Origin: an uncultured Trueperaceae bacterium | Lineage (GTDB): Bacteria > Deinococcota > Deinococci > Deinococcales > Trueperaceae | DNA length: 64,000 bases | Reading direction: 5' to 3' | Assembly (NCBI GenBank): GCA_963799485.1 | Contig: CAWCXJ010000002.1 | Location: 1 to 64,000, forward strand | Program-made: the position numbers and the translations under genes | The notes under the pieces: model-generated | Told to the model about the DNA's origin: nothing | Seen by the model: the letters and a program-made list of their open reading frames with translations, nothing else | The model's database searches: none | Part shown: one piece after another, positions 48,781 through 58,106 of the stretch | Layout of the letters: every line of letters starts with the position of its first letter | Position numbering within the stretch: the first letter of the stretch is position 1

Positions 48781-49021
48781 GGGCGGCCTTCGCCCGAAGC
48801 CTCCACTCGAGGCCGTCGGGGTCGGCCCATAAGAAGGTAAACTTCTGGTCGCCATGCTGGAGGCTGTGAAACTCCAGCACGTGCTGGGTAGCGTCCAACC
48901 ACGCGACCAACTGTTTCCCGCTGTGTAAAGTCACAGGCGGGAAACCGTAATAAAAGATGGTAAAGTCTCCGTCCAGTTCTTTCAAATCTTCTGCTCGTTT
49001 TTCAATCATGTTATTTCCCAT
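48773..49021 (-). CDS. Hypothetical protein
   Basis: GGAGG SD. Confidence 0.6.
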   Translation of the reverse strand: MGNNMIEKRAEDLKELDGDFTIFYYGFPPVTLHSGKQLVAWLDATQHVLEFHSLQHGDQKFTFLWADPDGLEWRLRAKAARA

Positions 49022-49058
49022 CCTCCCCGGATTACGCGCCGGGGACGCGGTGAAAGGT

Positions 49059-49247
49059 CTAGCTCACTTCGGTGATGGTGGCGATATCGTCGATATCCCA
49101 CTGAGCTTCCCACTCAAAAGCCCCGGTCTGGTCAAAGCTGCTGGGCTGAGTGACGCTCTGCCATTCACAGTAGGCGTTCAGGGCGTCGCGGGCGGTGTCG
49201 CCCTCGAAGGTATGCGTCTCATCGGCGACGCGGATTTCGTAGGTCAT
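49059..49247 (-). CDS. Hypothetical acidic protein
   Basis: ATGA-coupled at 49247. Confidence 0.6.
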   Translation of the reverse strand: MTYEIRVADETHTFEGDTARDALNAYCEWQSVTQPSSFDQTGAFEWEAQWDIDDIATITEVS

Positions 49248-49465
49248 GCCATCAACCGGGCGAGAATCCGTTTTGCCTCGGGGTTTTGCATGGCCGGGAC
49301 TTCCTCGACGCCCCGGTCGGCGGCTTCCCAGGTGTACTCGAAAACTTCTTCGTTGCTGACGCCCGCCCGCTCGAGCGTGTTTAAGTTCGTCATGCATTCG
49401 CCGAGAATCTGACCCTCGGTGAAACCAGCTGCGGCTAATGCTTCGGTATAATCGTTAAGTGTCAT
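49244..49465 (-). CDS. Hypothetical protein
   Basis: AGGGAG SD after consensus promoter. Confidence 0.7.
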   Translation of the reverse strand: MTLNDYTEALAAAGFTEGQILGECMTNLNTLERAGVSNEEVFEYTWEAADRGVEEVPAMQNPEAKRILARLMA

Positions 49466-49516
49466 TTCGTTCTCCCTTTAAGCGGTGCCTCTCGGCCTCC
49501 CCGCTTTGATAGATAT

Positions 49517-49545
49517 ATAATACACGTTTCATAGGATAATGTCAA
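49517..49545 (-). promoter_or_regulatory. Near-consensus sigma70-type promoter
   Basis: TTGACA-N17-TATTAT on the minus strand. Confidence 0.8.
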
Positions 49546-49612
49546 TAGCTAAATCAGAGTGTGAAGTATTTACATTTCTCGCCCGTCTACACGGGATTTT
49601 CAAGGAGGTTTT

Positions 49613-50050
49613 ATGCACGCAGATATCACTGAAGTCATTACCGCCGCGCAAAAATACGCCGCAGCCGCAGCCGCCGAGTTCAAAGCAAGAGACGAGACCA
49701 TCAGCACGCTCGAGACCAGGCTTGCCAACGCCGGGCTCACCGAAGCGCAGCTCGCCGACGCCATCGAGCAGGTCGGCGCACTCCAGGCCCAACTCCAGGC
49801 GATGCAAGACAACCTGAACGCGACACCCGACGATAGCCGCATCGCCGAACTCGAGGGCGCACTGGCAAAAGCCGAGACGAACGCGGCTAACTGGCGGAAA
49901 GCGAAACAGGACGCCCAGACCGAGAGTAACGGCCTAAAAAAGCAGGTCGCGGATTTCGAGGCGCAGAAGGCCGAGTACGCCGTGGAGGTCGCGGGCTATA
50001 AAGCCGAGTACGCCGGGCTCGAGGCCAAAATCACGAAGCTGGGTGCTTGA
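49613..50050 (+). CDS. Coiled-coil protein
   Basis: AAGGAGG SD; heptad pattern. Confidence 0.75.
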   Translation: MHADITEVITAAQKYAAAAAAEFKARDETISTLETRLANAGLTEAQLADAIEQVGALQAQLQAMQDNLNATPDDSRIAELEGALAKAETNAANWRKAKQDAQTESNGLKKQVADFEAQKAEYAVEVAGYKAEYAGLEAKITKLGA

Positions 50051-51608
50051 TATGCAAAACCTCATCAACGACGTAAAGCAGCTGCGGCGTAACGTCGCAA
50101 ACCTCAGTGAACGGGCAAAGGCTTTAAGCGCTCAAAAGGTGAAGCGGAAGCTCGTAGGCAGCAGCCTTGTGCCCGACTCGGCCTTTACCCTGGCGGCGTT
50201 TTCCGGCGTACTGTTTACGCTGCTGAGCTACATCGGGAAAATGGTCGCCGCGAACGCGAAAGAGGCGTGGCCAAAGTTCAAAGACCTGCACTACGGCAAC
50301 CTCGGCAAAGTGAACTACGCCGTCACCGCTGCGACGATGCAGCAGGTAGGCCGGAGTGTTGGCGCGTACCTGTTTATGCTCGAGTTGCTGGGCCGGGCTT
50401 TCGGCACGGACTGGCACATCACCGAGTCGAAGCGGCTGTACGAACAGTTGCGTAAGAATCTAATTTGGGACACCGCGACGATTTGGGGTGTGAAAATCAG
50501 CCTCTGGCGACCGCGCTCTAACTGGAAAGGCGTAGAGCCGCTCGACTCCGGGCCGAACGGCATCACGACCATCAAGAACGACAAAGAGTTGAACCTGCTC
50601 ACCGGCACGGTCGGCGGGATGGTCTACCGCTTCTTCGAGATGCTGCGCTCGGGGGTAAAAGCGTTCGCCGCTCTCGCTGAGGACAGCCTCGAGGTCGTTT
50701 TGCGGCTAGAGCTGCTTCAAGCGCTGCTGGGTAGAGGCGACCTGATGGGCTACACCGACCGGGTGATTCACCCGTTCGTGTGCATCATGAAATATATGTG
50801 GCAGCAAGGCCGAATTGCCGAGGCGCACCCCGCCATTTACGAGCGGGTAGTAGCTAAGCTTCACAAAGAGATGGGCGACAAAATCAAAGGCATCCTGCCC
50901 GCCAAAGCAGCCGACCGGGTAAAGCAGTGCGATGACCGGGTAGCGCGTATGACCATCATGCTCGAGAACGAAATCGCCGACGTTGAGCAAGACGTAAACG
51001 GTCAAACGCTTAAAAGTTACACCTGGGCGTACAACGTCCTGGGGATGACACCGGGCGCTTCGAAAGAGGACGGATACCAGCCACTTGTATACGTTCGCTT
51101 GCTTCAAACCATGATGATGGAGCTGGGCGTCTACGGCATCGGCATGTTTGCCACCGACGAGTTTCAGCGCAGGCTCAGCAACACGCAGTATTCCGGGGTG
51201 CAGCCGGAACCGCTCAAGTACCGTTGCATCGATGAAGAGACCTGGAACGACACCTTCAACTGGAACACCCACTGTCCAATTGCCGAGCGCTGGGTAGACG
51301 GGAAAGACGCCAAAGGGCAGGTTCATAAGTTCCGCTTTCAGGCGCGGCACGGGGGTTACACCCGCGTCCTCGTCACCCGTCCTACGGTGAAAAATAGCGA
51401 CGGCGAGCGCTACTTCGAGACCGCCAAAAAGACCTGGGGGCATGAGGTCGGCCCGTCTTTAATGTTCGCTACAGACGAACACGTAAAGTTTTCGCAGCGC
51501 GAATGGGGCACGCCTGACGACATTAAAAGCCGGGGCGATGGTGTGGGCTGGCTGGTCGGCATGGCGCTGCGGTTGGGTTTAGCGCAGGGGCTTGTGAAAT
51601 GGGACTAA
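50043..51608 (+). CDS. Helical putative enzyme, paralog of C-terminal domain of 43325..46159
   Basis: Collinear shared motifs (see findings). Confidence 0.6.
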   Translation: MLDMQNLINDVKQLRRNVANLSERAKALSAQKVKRKLVGSSLVPDSAFTLAAFSGVLFTLLSYIGKMVAANAKEAWPKFKDLHYGNLGKVNYAVTAATMQQVGRSVGAYLFMLELLGRAFGTDWHITESKRLYEQLRKNLIWDTATIWGVKISLWRPRSNWKGVEPLDSGPNGITTIKNDKELNLLTGTVGGMVYRFFEMLRSGVKAFAALAEDSLEVVLRLELLQALLGRGDLMGYTDRVIHPFVCIMKYMWQQGRIAEAHPAIYERVVAKLHKEMGDKIKGILPAKAADRVKQCDDRVARMTIMLENEIADVEQDVNGQTLKSYTWAYNVLGMTPGASKEDGYQPLVYVRLLQTMMMELGVYGIGMFATDEFQRRLSNTQYSGVQPEPLKYRCIDEETWNDTFNWNTHCPIAERWVDGKDAKGQVHKFRFQARHGGYTRVLVTRPTVKNSDGERYFETAKKTWGHEVGPSLMFATDEHVKFSQREWGTPDDIKSRGDGVGWLVGMALRLGLAQGLVKWD

Positions 51609-52042
51609 ACAAAACCGAACCCCCACAGAACCGCGAAGTGTCCGCGCTCGACCCGCTTACAAGCGGGCTTTTTTTGACCTACCTGGCTTTGCTCGAGCGT
51701 ACCTTCCCGCAATTTTCAATCATCGTCGTAGAAACCCGGCGGAGTAAAGAGCGCCAGGAGTGGCTCGTCGCGCAGGGCGAAAACACCAGCCGCACGCTCT
51801 ACAGTAACCATCTGCTCGGACGGGCTATGGACGTCGGATTTTTGCGTAAGGCAACGGGCGAAATGGATTGGTCGCCCGAAACCTATATGAACGTCTATAC
51901 CAGGTTAGACCCGCGTTTGTTCGGCTTGATCGCGGGGGCACAAATGTGGCGCGGTTGGGATTCACCCCACCTTCAACTCCAGGATGTGCGGCTCTGCTAC
52001 GAGGCTCTTGTCGGGACTAAAGAGGATGTTTGGCTCTCTTGA
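51599..52042 (+). CDS. Endolysin, M15-family (L-Ala-D-Glu-type) peptidase
   Basis: ETRRSKERQ, SNHLLGRAMD, WDSPHLQ. Confidence 0.85.
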   Translation: MGLNKTEPPQNREVSALDPLTSGLFLTYLALLERTFPQFSIIVVETRRSKERQEWLVAQGENTSRTLYSNHLLGRAMDVGFLRKATGEMDWSPETYMNVYTRLDPRLFGLIAGAQMWRGWDSPHLQLQDVRLCYEALVGTKEDVWLS

Positions 52043-52712
52043 ACCGTCAGTCTTTCTCGAGTTGCCGCGAAAGGCGGTGGTCTTTACGTCGCTAGCCGTC
52101 TATATCCGCGTCGGTGACGCCCAGATTCTCGCTGCGGACAGCCGCATGACGCTCCGTACCGATACACCGGGGCGCGGTCGTGAGATCTCTTTTTTAGACG
52201 GTGGCTCGAAAGTTTGGGGTTTGCCTCCTCCGCTCGCGCATATCGGCGTGGCGGGGTTTGGCGATTTTGGCGAGGGCGGGCGTTCGGTCGGTGACATCCT
52301 GCTTGAGTTCGCCAGAGGACAAAAGGTCGCCACGGTTGAGGAGACCGCGCTCTCTCTCGGGCCGTTTATCGCCGCTCGGCTCCAGGGCCGCACCTCGTTT
52401 TTCGTCTGCGGCTATGACGAGACAGCCTATTTCGGGCGCTCGTTTCTGGTCTCGGGTAACGCGGTGTCCGACATGCACGGGCACGGCACGACGGGCCTCA
52501 GTTTGGGCGGTCAGAAAGCGGTAGCGGACGCGGTGGTCGGCTCCTTGAAAATTCCGCTCGAGTTTATGTCGCCGGACGACGCGGTGATGATGGCTAGGTG
52601 GCTCATCCGGCTGACAAGGCAAGCGCAGGCGTTCTCAAAAACGACGCCGACAGTGGGCGGCAGGGCGCGGGTGCTGCTGCTTAAACGCGGGCTGGCCGCA
52701 CAAATGCTTTAG
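51984..52712 (+). CDS. Proteasome-beta-like Ntn hydrolase; start uncertain
   Basis: SLAV..ILAADSR..K, FFVCGYD, TVGG. Confidence 0.7.
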   Translation: MCGSATRLLSGLKRMFGSLEPSVFLELPRKAVVFTSLAVYIRVGDAQILAADSRMTLRTDTPGRGREISFLDGGSKVWGLPPPLAHIGVAGFGDFGEGGRSVGDILLEFARGQKVATVEETALSLGPFIAARLQGRTSFFVCGYDETAYFGRSFLVSGNAVSDMHGHGTTGLSLGGQKAVADAVVGSLKIPLEFMSPDDAVMMARWLIRLTRQAQAFSKTTPTVGGRARVLLLKRGLAAQML

Positions 52713-52726
52713 AAAGGAGGCAAAAC

Positions 52727-53131
52727 TTGAGACCACTCATCGACTTGACCGCGCCGGCCCTGAATAACCCGCCGTATTCGCAGAGTAGCGATATAGACCT
52801 CTGCACACTGACGCTGCCGGAGGTGAACGAAGGCGACGTCTGCGAGATGATGGTGCGCGAGGATTTAGGCGGGCCGGTCGTCGGGACACTGGGGAGCATA
52901 GCGGGCAACTTCATCCTCGACCCGCCAAACAATAAAATCCGGGTAAGGCTGACCGACGAAACGACACGAAAATGGTTTCGCAAAGCGGATGTCACCCCGG
53001 ACACGGCTGTAAGAACACTGACCGGGACGATGTTGCACCGAAACGCGGCGGGCGAGTCGTACAGTTTTGAGCCGGATATTCGTTTTGAGTTTGAAATCAG
53101 CTATACCAGTAACAGGCGCGGTAATGGCTGA
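52727..53131 (+). CDS. BppU-like adaptor, module B
   Basis: CEMMVREDLGGPVVGTL, paralog of 46168. Confidence 0.6.
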   Translation: MRPLIDLTAPALNNPPYSQSSDIDLCTLTLPEVNEGDVCEMMVREDLGGPVVGTLGSIAGNFILDPPNNKIRVRLTDETTRKWFRKADVTPDTAVRTLTGTMLHRNAAGESYSFEPDIRFEFEISYTSNRRGNG

Positions 53132-53480
53132 CATTCTAGTTGAAATCAACCGCCCGACTTTTGAGGTCGCGGTCAGCGTGACGCAACCCCCGGATGTGAG
53201 TATCGGGGTGCAACTCGTGCGGCCTCAAGTAAATGTCGAGGTGATGCAGGGCGGGAGTGGCCCGCCGACGGCGGCTTCTGCTTTCGTCTACACCCAAAAC
53301 ACGCCCGCGACCGAGTGGAGCGTAGCGCATCCCTTCGGCGCTCGCCCCGCTTCGCTGCTGCTTATCGACGATGCGGGTGTTTTTCTCGTCCCCGACGCTG
53401 TAGAAATATCTGCTGAGCGAGTCGTACTCGTTTTTGCCCTGCCTACCGCAGGGAGTTTAACCCTCCTGAAAGGAAGTTAA
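53124..53480 (+). CDS. Fibre/virion protein
   Basis: FVYTQNTPATEWSVAHPFG. Confidence 0.6.
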   Translation: MADILVEINRPTFEVAVSVTQPPDVSIGVQLVRPQVNVEVMQGGSGPPTAASAFVYTQNTPATEWSVAHPFGARPASLLLIDDAGVFLVPDAVEISAERVVLVFALPTAGSLTLLKGS

Positions 53481-53483
53481 ATC

Positions 53484-54278
53484 ATGCCTACCCGAATTTC
53501 AAACGGCCTGGATTTACAAGGCGCACGTATTCAAAATGTTGGCTCACCCTCGGCACCGATGGACAGCGTTAATAAGGCTTATGTCGACGCTGCTGCTTAC
53601 GGCGTGGACTGGAAAAACAGCGTACGCGCACTTGCAACGGGCAATATCAGCCTGTCGGCTCCAGGTGCGAGTATTGACGGCGTGACGTTAGCGGCAGGCG
53701 ACAGCATTGCGCTCATCGGACAGACAAACGCCTCACAAAACGGTATCTACATTTGGAACGGTGCGTCTACGGCACTTGTTCGCAGAACGGACAGCGACGC
53801 GAACGCAGAAGTCACGGCGGGGTTGACGTTCACTGTCACTGAAGGCACGACCTACGCTAACAAAAGTTACCGCCTGATTACTCCCGACCCTATCGTTCTG
53901 GACACTACAAACCTTTCTTTTACCGACGCCGGGGGAGCCTCGCCACCCAACTCTGCCGGTGATGGTCTAAACCTTACCGGACAGACCTTCAGCGTCAAGC
54001 CTAAGCCTTCCGGCAATATCATCGTAGACAGTACGGGTGTCTCGGTAGACACCTCCATAATCGCCCGGAAGTTTGCGGCGAACGTCGGCGACGGCAGCGC
54101 AACTTCCTACACCGTGACGCATAACCTGGGGACGCTCGACGCGTCCGTGTCGCTTGTCGAGGTCGCTACCGGCGTACAGTGGGTGCCTGACGTGACCGCC
54201 CGAACGACTAATACGGTTACGCTGGCTTTCAACACCGCCCCGGCTTCTGGCGCGTTCAGGGCGATTGTCACAGGCTAG
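53484..54278 (+). CDS. Tail fibre/decoration protein
   Basis: VNKAYVD, DWKNSVR, QTNASQNGIY, VTEGT, THNLGT. Confidence 0.75.
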   Translation: MPTRISNGLDLQGARIQNVGSPSAPMDSVNKAYVDAAAYGVDWKNSVRALATGNISLSAPGASIDGVTLAAGDSIALIGQTNASQNGIYIWNGASTALVRRTDSDANAEVTAGLTFTVTEGTTYANKSYRLITPDPIVLDTTNLSFTDAGGASPPNSAGDGLNLTGQTFSVKPKPSGNIIVDSTGVSVDTSIIARKFAANVGDGSATSYTVTHNLGTLDASVSLVEVATGVQWVPDVTARTTNTVTLAFNTAPASGAFRAIVTG

Positions 54279-56188
54279 TGCCTAAGTTCGCTAACGGCGC
54301 GGACTTCGGCGGGGCTCGAGTAAGAAACGTAGGCGACGCCGTAGACCCTAGTGACGGGATAAGTAAAAGTTTGCTCGAGAGCGCCATGTACGGGACACGG
54401 GTACTCAGCCCCGAATACTACGGCGCGGTCGGCGACAGCGTAACAGACGATACTGCCGCCATTCAAGCATGCTTTACCGCAGCAGCGCAGAAAAAAGCCA
54501 TCGTTTCATTCAGCCCGGGCGTGGAGTACAGGGTTAGTGCGTCCCTGACCTATCCATCCGGGCTCGTGCAAATCGAAGGTAACGGGGCGGAGCTGGTGTT
54601 CACCTCCAACGCTTTTGATTTGCTCTCGCTTGGTACGCCCGGGCTGACTCAAGTCAATCAGACCGGCGGTTATGTCCGTAACCTCTCGGTTTTTGGGCCG
54701 GGGGGAGACAACGCCAACGCCGTGCCGCCGAGCAATTACAAGGCCGGTATCGTCGTTAATAGTACGCGGCACTTTCGCATAATTGATTGCCGCACCAATA
54801 ATGTAGACATCGGGTTCGACCTGCGCGGCAACTGTTACGGCAGTAAGTTCCTCACCTGCCGCACGCTCTCGACCTGTAACGTCGGCATCCTTTTACGTGG
54901 CGGCTCCGGCCTTATCGCCGGGTCGGGTTCGGATATTCAAATCGAGGGCTTTTGGGGTGGCGGTCACAAGGCCGCTTTCTGGTGTGAAGGCAACGCGGGA
55001 GGCTATTGGTTCACCGACTGCAAACCGGGCGGCGGCTGGCAGAGCGCCCCTGCCCCTATCGACTATTACGGCGTCTGGGTATTCGGGGCGACCTATGAGC
55101 CGCAGACGACGGTAACGGCGGCGGTTGCGGTCAACGCCTCGACCATTCAGGTAGCAGACGCCTCCAAGCTGTTTACCAATGAAATCATTATCAACGGGCA
55201 AGAAATCCAAATCCTCAGTAAGTCTGGGAACACCCTCACGGTGGCGACTACGGCAACCGGCGGCTGGCAAGCAAACTACAACGTCAAGGCGGCTATCGCT
55301 AGTGGGGCGGGGGTGCAGGTCACAAGCGGCGTCGGTAACATCAGTATCAAGGGCGGTGGCGTCGAAGGCACGCACGATATGCACGCGCTCCGGCTTTTCC
55401 GGGACGTCGCGGGGTTAGGCGTCAGCGACTTCAGCTTTTTCTCCAACGGCTCGGGCGGCGTAAATCAGATGATTCAGGTGCTCAAACACACGGGCGAGGG
55501 TAGCGCGTCGGTCACGTTTACGAACTGCATCATTCAAGGCGCGTGGACAGGGCCCAGCCCCATCACCATGACGACGCGCTGGAAGAACGCCAACCAGTTC
55601 ACTGAAATCGGAACGACGCATAACTACGACGTGCCGCCGTCGTTTGCAGGTACGACCATGAACCTCATCGACCGCCCGATGGTGAGCTGGTCGAGCGTTA
55701 CGGGCGGTATGGCACTCGTTCCCAAAACGGGCGTGGTTTTTCTTAGCAGTCGCGGCGTGCGGGTGAATGCCGGAGCGCTCGAGGTAAGTACGAGTAACAC
55801 GCTGGCAAGTTGGGCGGCAGTGGGTGGCGGCGGGACGGCGAGCACGAACGAGTTCCCCGGCCCGGTTAAAGTGGTCAATACAAACGGATACGTCTTGCAA
55901 GCAGGCGACGCGGGCGGGCTAGTGATTTACGACGTGGGCGGTACTGCCGGAACCTACTCGCTACCTAACGGAGTCGCCGCAGGCTACACCGTGTCGGTAT
56001 CACAGGGTTTTTCAGGGCAGCTCACCGTGACGGCGGCAGGGTCACAGGGGCCTGATGGAATACGGACGCCAACGGGGATTTTCGGCACGGTCAAAACGAA
56101 ATCGTCGGGTAGCATCATCAAGTTCGTTAAAGATGCTGGTACGCGCTGGTACGCGCTGCCATTCGGGGATAGCTACGTGGCACCGTGA
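54278..56188 (+). CDS. Tailspike with pectate-lyase-3-like beta helix (depolymerase)
   Basis: YGAVGDSVTDDTAAIQ followed by beta-helix repeats. Confidence 0.82.
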   Translation: MPKFANGADFGGARVRNVGDAVDPSDGISKSLLESAMYGTRVLSPEYYGAVGDSVTDDTAAIQACFTAAAQKKAIVSFSPGVEYRVSASLTYPSGLVQIEGNGAELVFTSNAFDLLSLGTPGLTQVNQTGGYVRNLSVFGPGGDNANAVPPSNYKAGIVVNSTRHFRIIDCRTNNVDIGFDLRGNCYGSKFLTCRTLSTCNVGILLRGGSGLIAGSGSDIQIEGFWGGGHKAAFWCEGNAGGYWFTDCKPGGGWQSAPAPIDYYGVWVFGATYEPQTTVTAAVAVNASTIQVADASKLFTNEIIINGQEIQILSKSGNTLTVATTATGGWQANYNVKAAIASGAGVQVTSGVGNISIKGGGVEGTHDMHALRLFRDVAGLGVSDFSFFSNGSGGVNQMIQVLKHTGEGSASVTFTNCIIQGAWTGPSPITMTTRWKNANQFTEIGTTHNYDVPPSFAGTTMNLIDRPMVSWSSVTGGMALVPKTGVVFLSSRGVRVNAGALEVSTSNTLASWAAVGGGGTASTNEFPGPVKVVNTNGYVLQAGDAGGLVIYDVGGTAGTYSLPNGVAAGYTVSVSQGFSGQLTVTAAGSQGPDGIRTPTGIFGTVKTKSSGSIIKFVKDAGTRWYALPFGDSYVAP

Positions 56189-56571
56189 CCCCGGCTGAAA
56201 ATTTGTATTGGTATCGCGTTGACCGCATTATCTCAGCATTTGACGGCGATACCTTTAGGGCCGAGTTGTCACTCGGCTTCCACATGAGCGCAGAGCTGAT
56301 ATTCCGAGTAGCCGGAATTGACACGCCTGAGATGGGGCAGCCCGGCGCGCTCGAGGCCAGGGACTACCTGCGAAAAAGGTTTGCTGACGCGCTGCCTAAC
56401 AGTCTGACGATTCGTACCTACAAGGGAGACAAGTACGGACGCTGGTTGGCTCAGATTTTTATAGGCGACGAGCACCTAAACCAGACGATGATTGACCTTG
56501 GCTACGCCGTTTTTTACGACGGCGGGCCGCGAGGAGGCCAGGAACGTGTTGAAACGTCACAGAAGTTCTGA
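56185..56571 (+). CDS. Thermonuclease (SNase-like)
   Basis: DGDT, RVAGIDTPE, DKYGRWLA, GYA. Confidence 0.9.
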   Translation: MTPAENLYWYRVDRIISAFDGDTFRAELSLGFHMSAELIFRVAGIDTPEMGQPGALEARDYLRKRFADALPNSLTIRTYKGDKYGRWLAQIFIGDEHLNQTMIDLGYAVFYDGGPRGGQERVETSQKF

Positions 56572-56776
56572 ATCCGGGCAATTTATAAACTCCGAAGCTG
56601 CCGCCCAAAGGCCCGCCGAAACCGTAGCCGAAGCCGTCAAGCAACCCGACACAGAAGCCGGGGTGCGTGCCCTTTATGGGGCGCTCGTACAAGATGGCGT
56701 CGAGTTTGACGATTTAAGTCAAGAGACCAGGGACAACTATCGGGCAGCTTTGAAAGCTGCCCTTGCCAAACTTTAG
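56492..56776 (+). CDS. Hypothetical protein (start probably near 56546)
   Basis: RSSESGQFI..PAETVAE; GAGGAGG upstream. Confidence 0.55.
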   Translation: MTLATPFFTTAGREEARNVLKRHRSSESGQFINSEAAAQRPAETVAEAVKQPDTEAGVRALYGALVQDGVEFDDLSQETRDNYRAALKAALAKL

Positions 56777-56787
56777 GAGAAAAAACT

Positions 56788-57438
56788 ATGCTCAAGAAAA
56801 CCTTATTCTCGCTAACGCTCGTCTTAATGACGGGCGTCGTTTTTGCTCAAGACCCGGGCATCATGGTCAACCTTCCGAGTTGGGGAACTAGCTTACTCTC
56901 GTTCGCTGCCGCCCTCACGCTACTAACCCAAGCTGTAAAGGTGCGCCTTAAAAAACGCCTGGACAACGTACCTAACGGCGTGATTCAGGGCGTGACGGTG
57001 CTACTCGGTATCGGTATTTCAGGAGCCATTCAGCAGCAGGGGCTACTCACCGACCCGCTCTTTGCTTCCATCGCCGACCCTTGGGGCTGGATTTTGTACG
57101 GCACGTTAGCTGGTATCGGCTCGGTCGGTGGATATGATTTGCTCATGGCAGCCATCAGCATGACCGGCGGCAAGACGACGATGGTTGACACGTCTGCGCT
57201 GCCGCAGAGCCCCGAAGATTTGCTCGAGATCGTCAAAAGTTCGGACATCGCTCTGGACGTTCGCAAGCGGGCGGTGGAAACGCTCAAGGCAATCAACCCG
57301 CTTGCCGGGGCTGCTGCCGAGATCGCGCTGAATCAACTCGCTACGCGGCCCCTAACCGAAACCGAGGCCAAAGACCGGGTAAAAGACGAAATCGAGAAGC
57401 GCGGGACACAGAATCCGACGGTGGTTGAGGGTGGCTAA
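56788..57438 (+). CDS. Holin-like membrane protein
   Basis: Several TM segments; LTQAVK..G..SVGGYD. Confidence 0.65.
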   Translation: MLKKTLFSLTLVLMTGVVFAQDPGIMVNLPSWGTSLLSFAAALTLLTQAVKVRLKKRLDNVPNGVIQGVTVLLGIGISGAIQQQGLLTDPLFASIADPWGWILYGTLAGIGSVGGYDLLMAAISMTGGKTTMVDTSALPQSPEDLLEIVKSSDIALDVRKRAVETLKAINPLAGAAAEIALNQLATRPLTETEAKDRVKDEIEKRGTQNPTVVEGG

Positions 57439-57757
57439 GCTTGAGCCGATCAACCACTACAACAGCAACGAGCTTTACGGCTACACGTTTGAGTGTCCGG
57501 GGTGCGGCTGTTCACACATGCCTGTTGTCAACGATAAGCAAGGTGGGCCGCAGTGGGAGTTTAACGGCGACCTTGATCATCCAACTTTTTCGCCGTCGCT
57601 TCTAGTGCGTTGGGAAGAGCATCAGGACGAAGGGCAGCCTACCAAAAAACACATATGCCACAGCTTCGTTCGCGGTGGTCACATTCAGTTTCTGGGCGAT
57701 TCCACCCACCCGCTTGCAGGGCAGACCGTAGAGCTACCGGAGGTAGACGATGATTAG
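57425..57757 (+). CDS. DUF6527-like Cys/His protein
   Basis: CPGCG..H, WEFNGD..PTFSPS, CHSFVRGG.IQFLGDSTH. Confidence 0.75.
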   Translation: MRVAKLEPINHYNSNELYGYTFECPGCGCSHMPVVNDKQGGPQWEFNGDLDHPTFSPSLLVRWEEHQDEGQPTKKHICHSFVRGGHIQFLGDSTHPLAGQTVELPEVDDD

Positions 57758-58106
57758 ATTTGCACCCCTACTTTTACTTCTACTCGTGTCGTGTACGCCT
57801 AGCGTCAGGCAGGCCGCACAGGATGAAACTCTCAGCGTGCGAGACGGAGCACTCGTGCTGCAAATGGCGTCGCCGATAGTCTCTTTCGAGGGCGCGGTCA
57901 AGGGGACGATAGTCTGTACATCGCCGGTTGTCTGTGCGCCTCTGTCCGGGCCGTGGGTGGGCGTGTCGCTGCCGTCCGGGGAGTATCCGGCGCGGGTCGT
58001 CCTGGGGCGCGTAGAGAAGCCTCCGGGCGACGCGTTCGGGTTTGTGAACCTTGCTTCTGGTCGTAAGTCTGTGCAGGTCGAGTTGACGCCGCGACGGAAT
58101 GAATGA
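57750..58106 (+). CDS. Lipoprotein
   Basis: LLVSC lipobox. Confidence 0.7.
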   Translation: MIRFAPLLLLLLVSCTPSVRQAAQDETLSVRDGALVLQMASPIVSFEGAVKGTIVCTSPVVCAPLSGPWVGVSLPSGEYPARVVLGRVEKPPGDAFGFVNLASGRKSVQVELTPRRNE

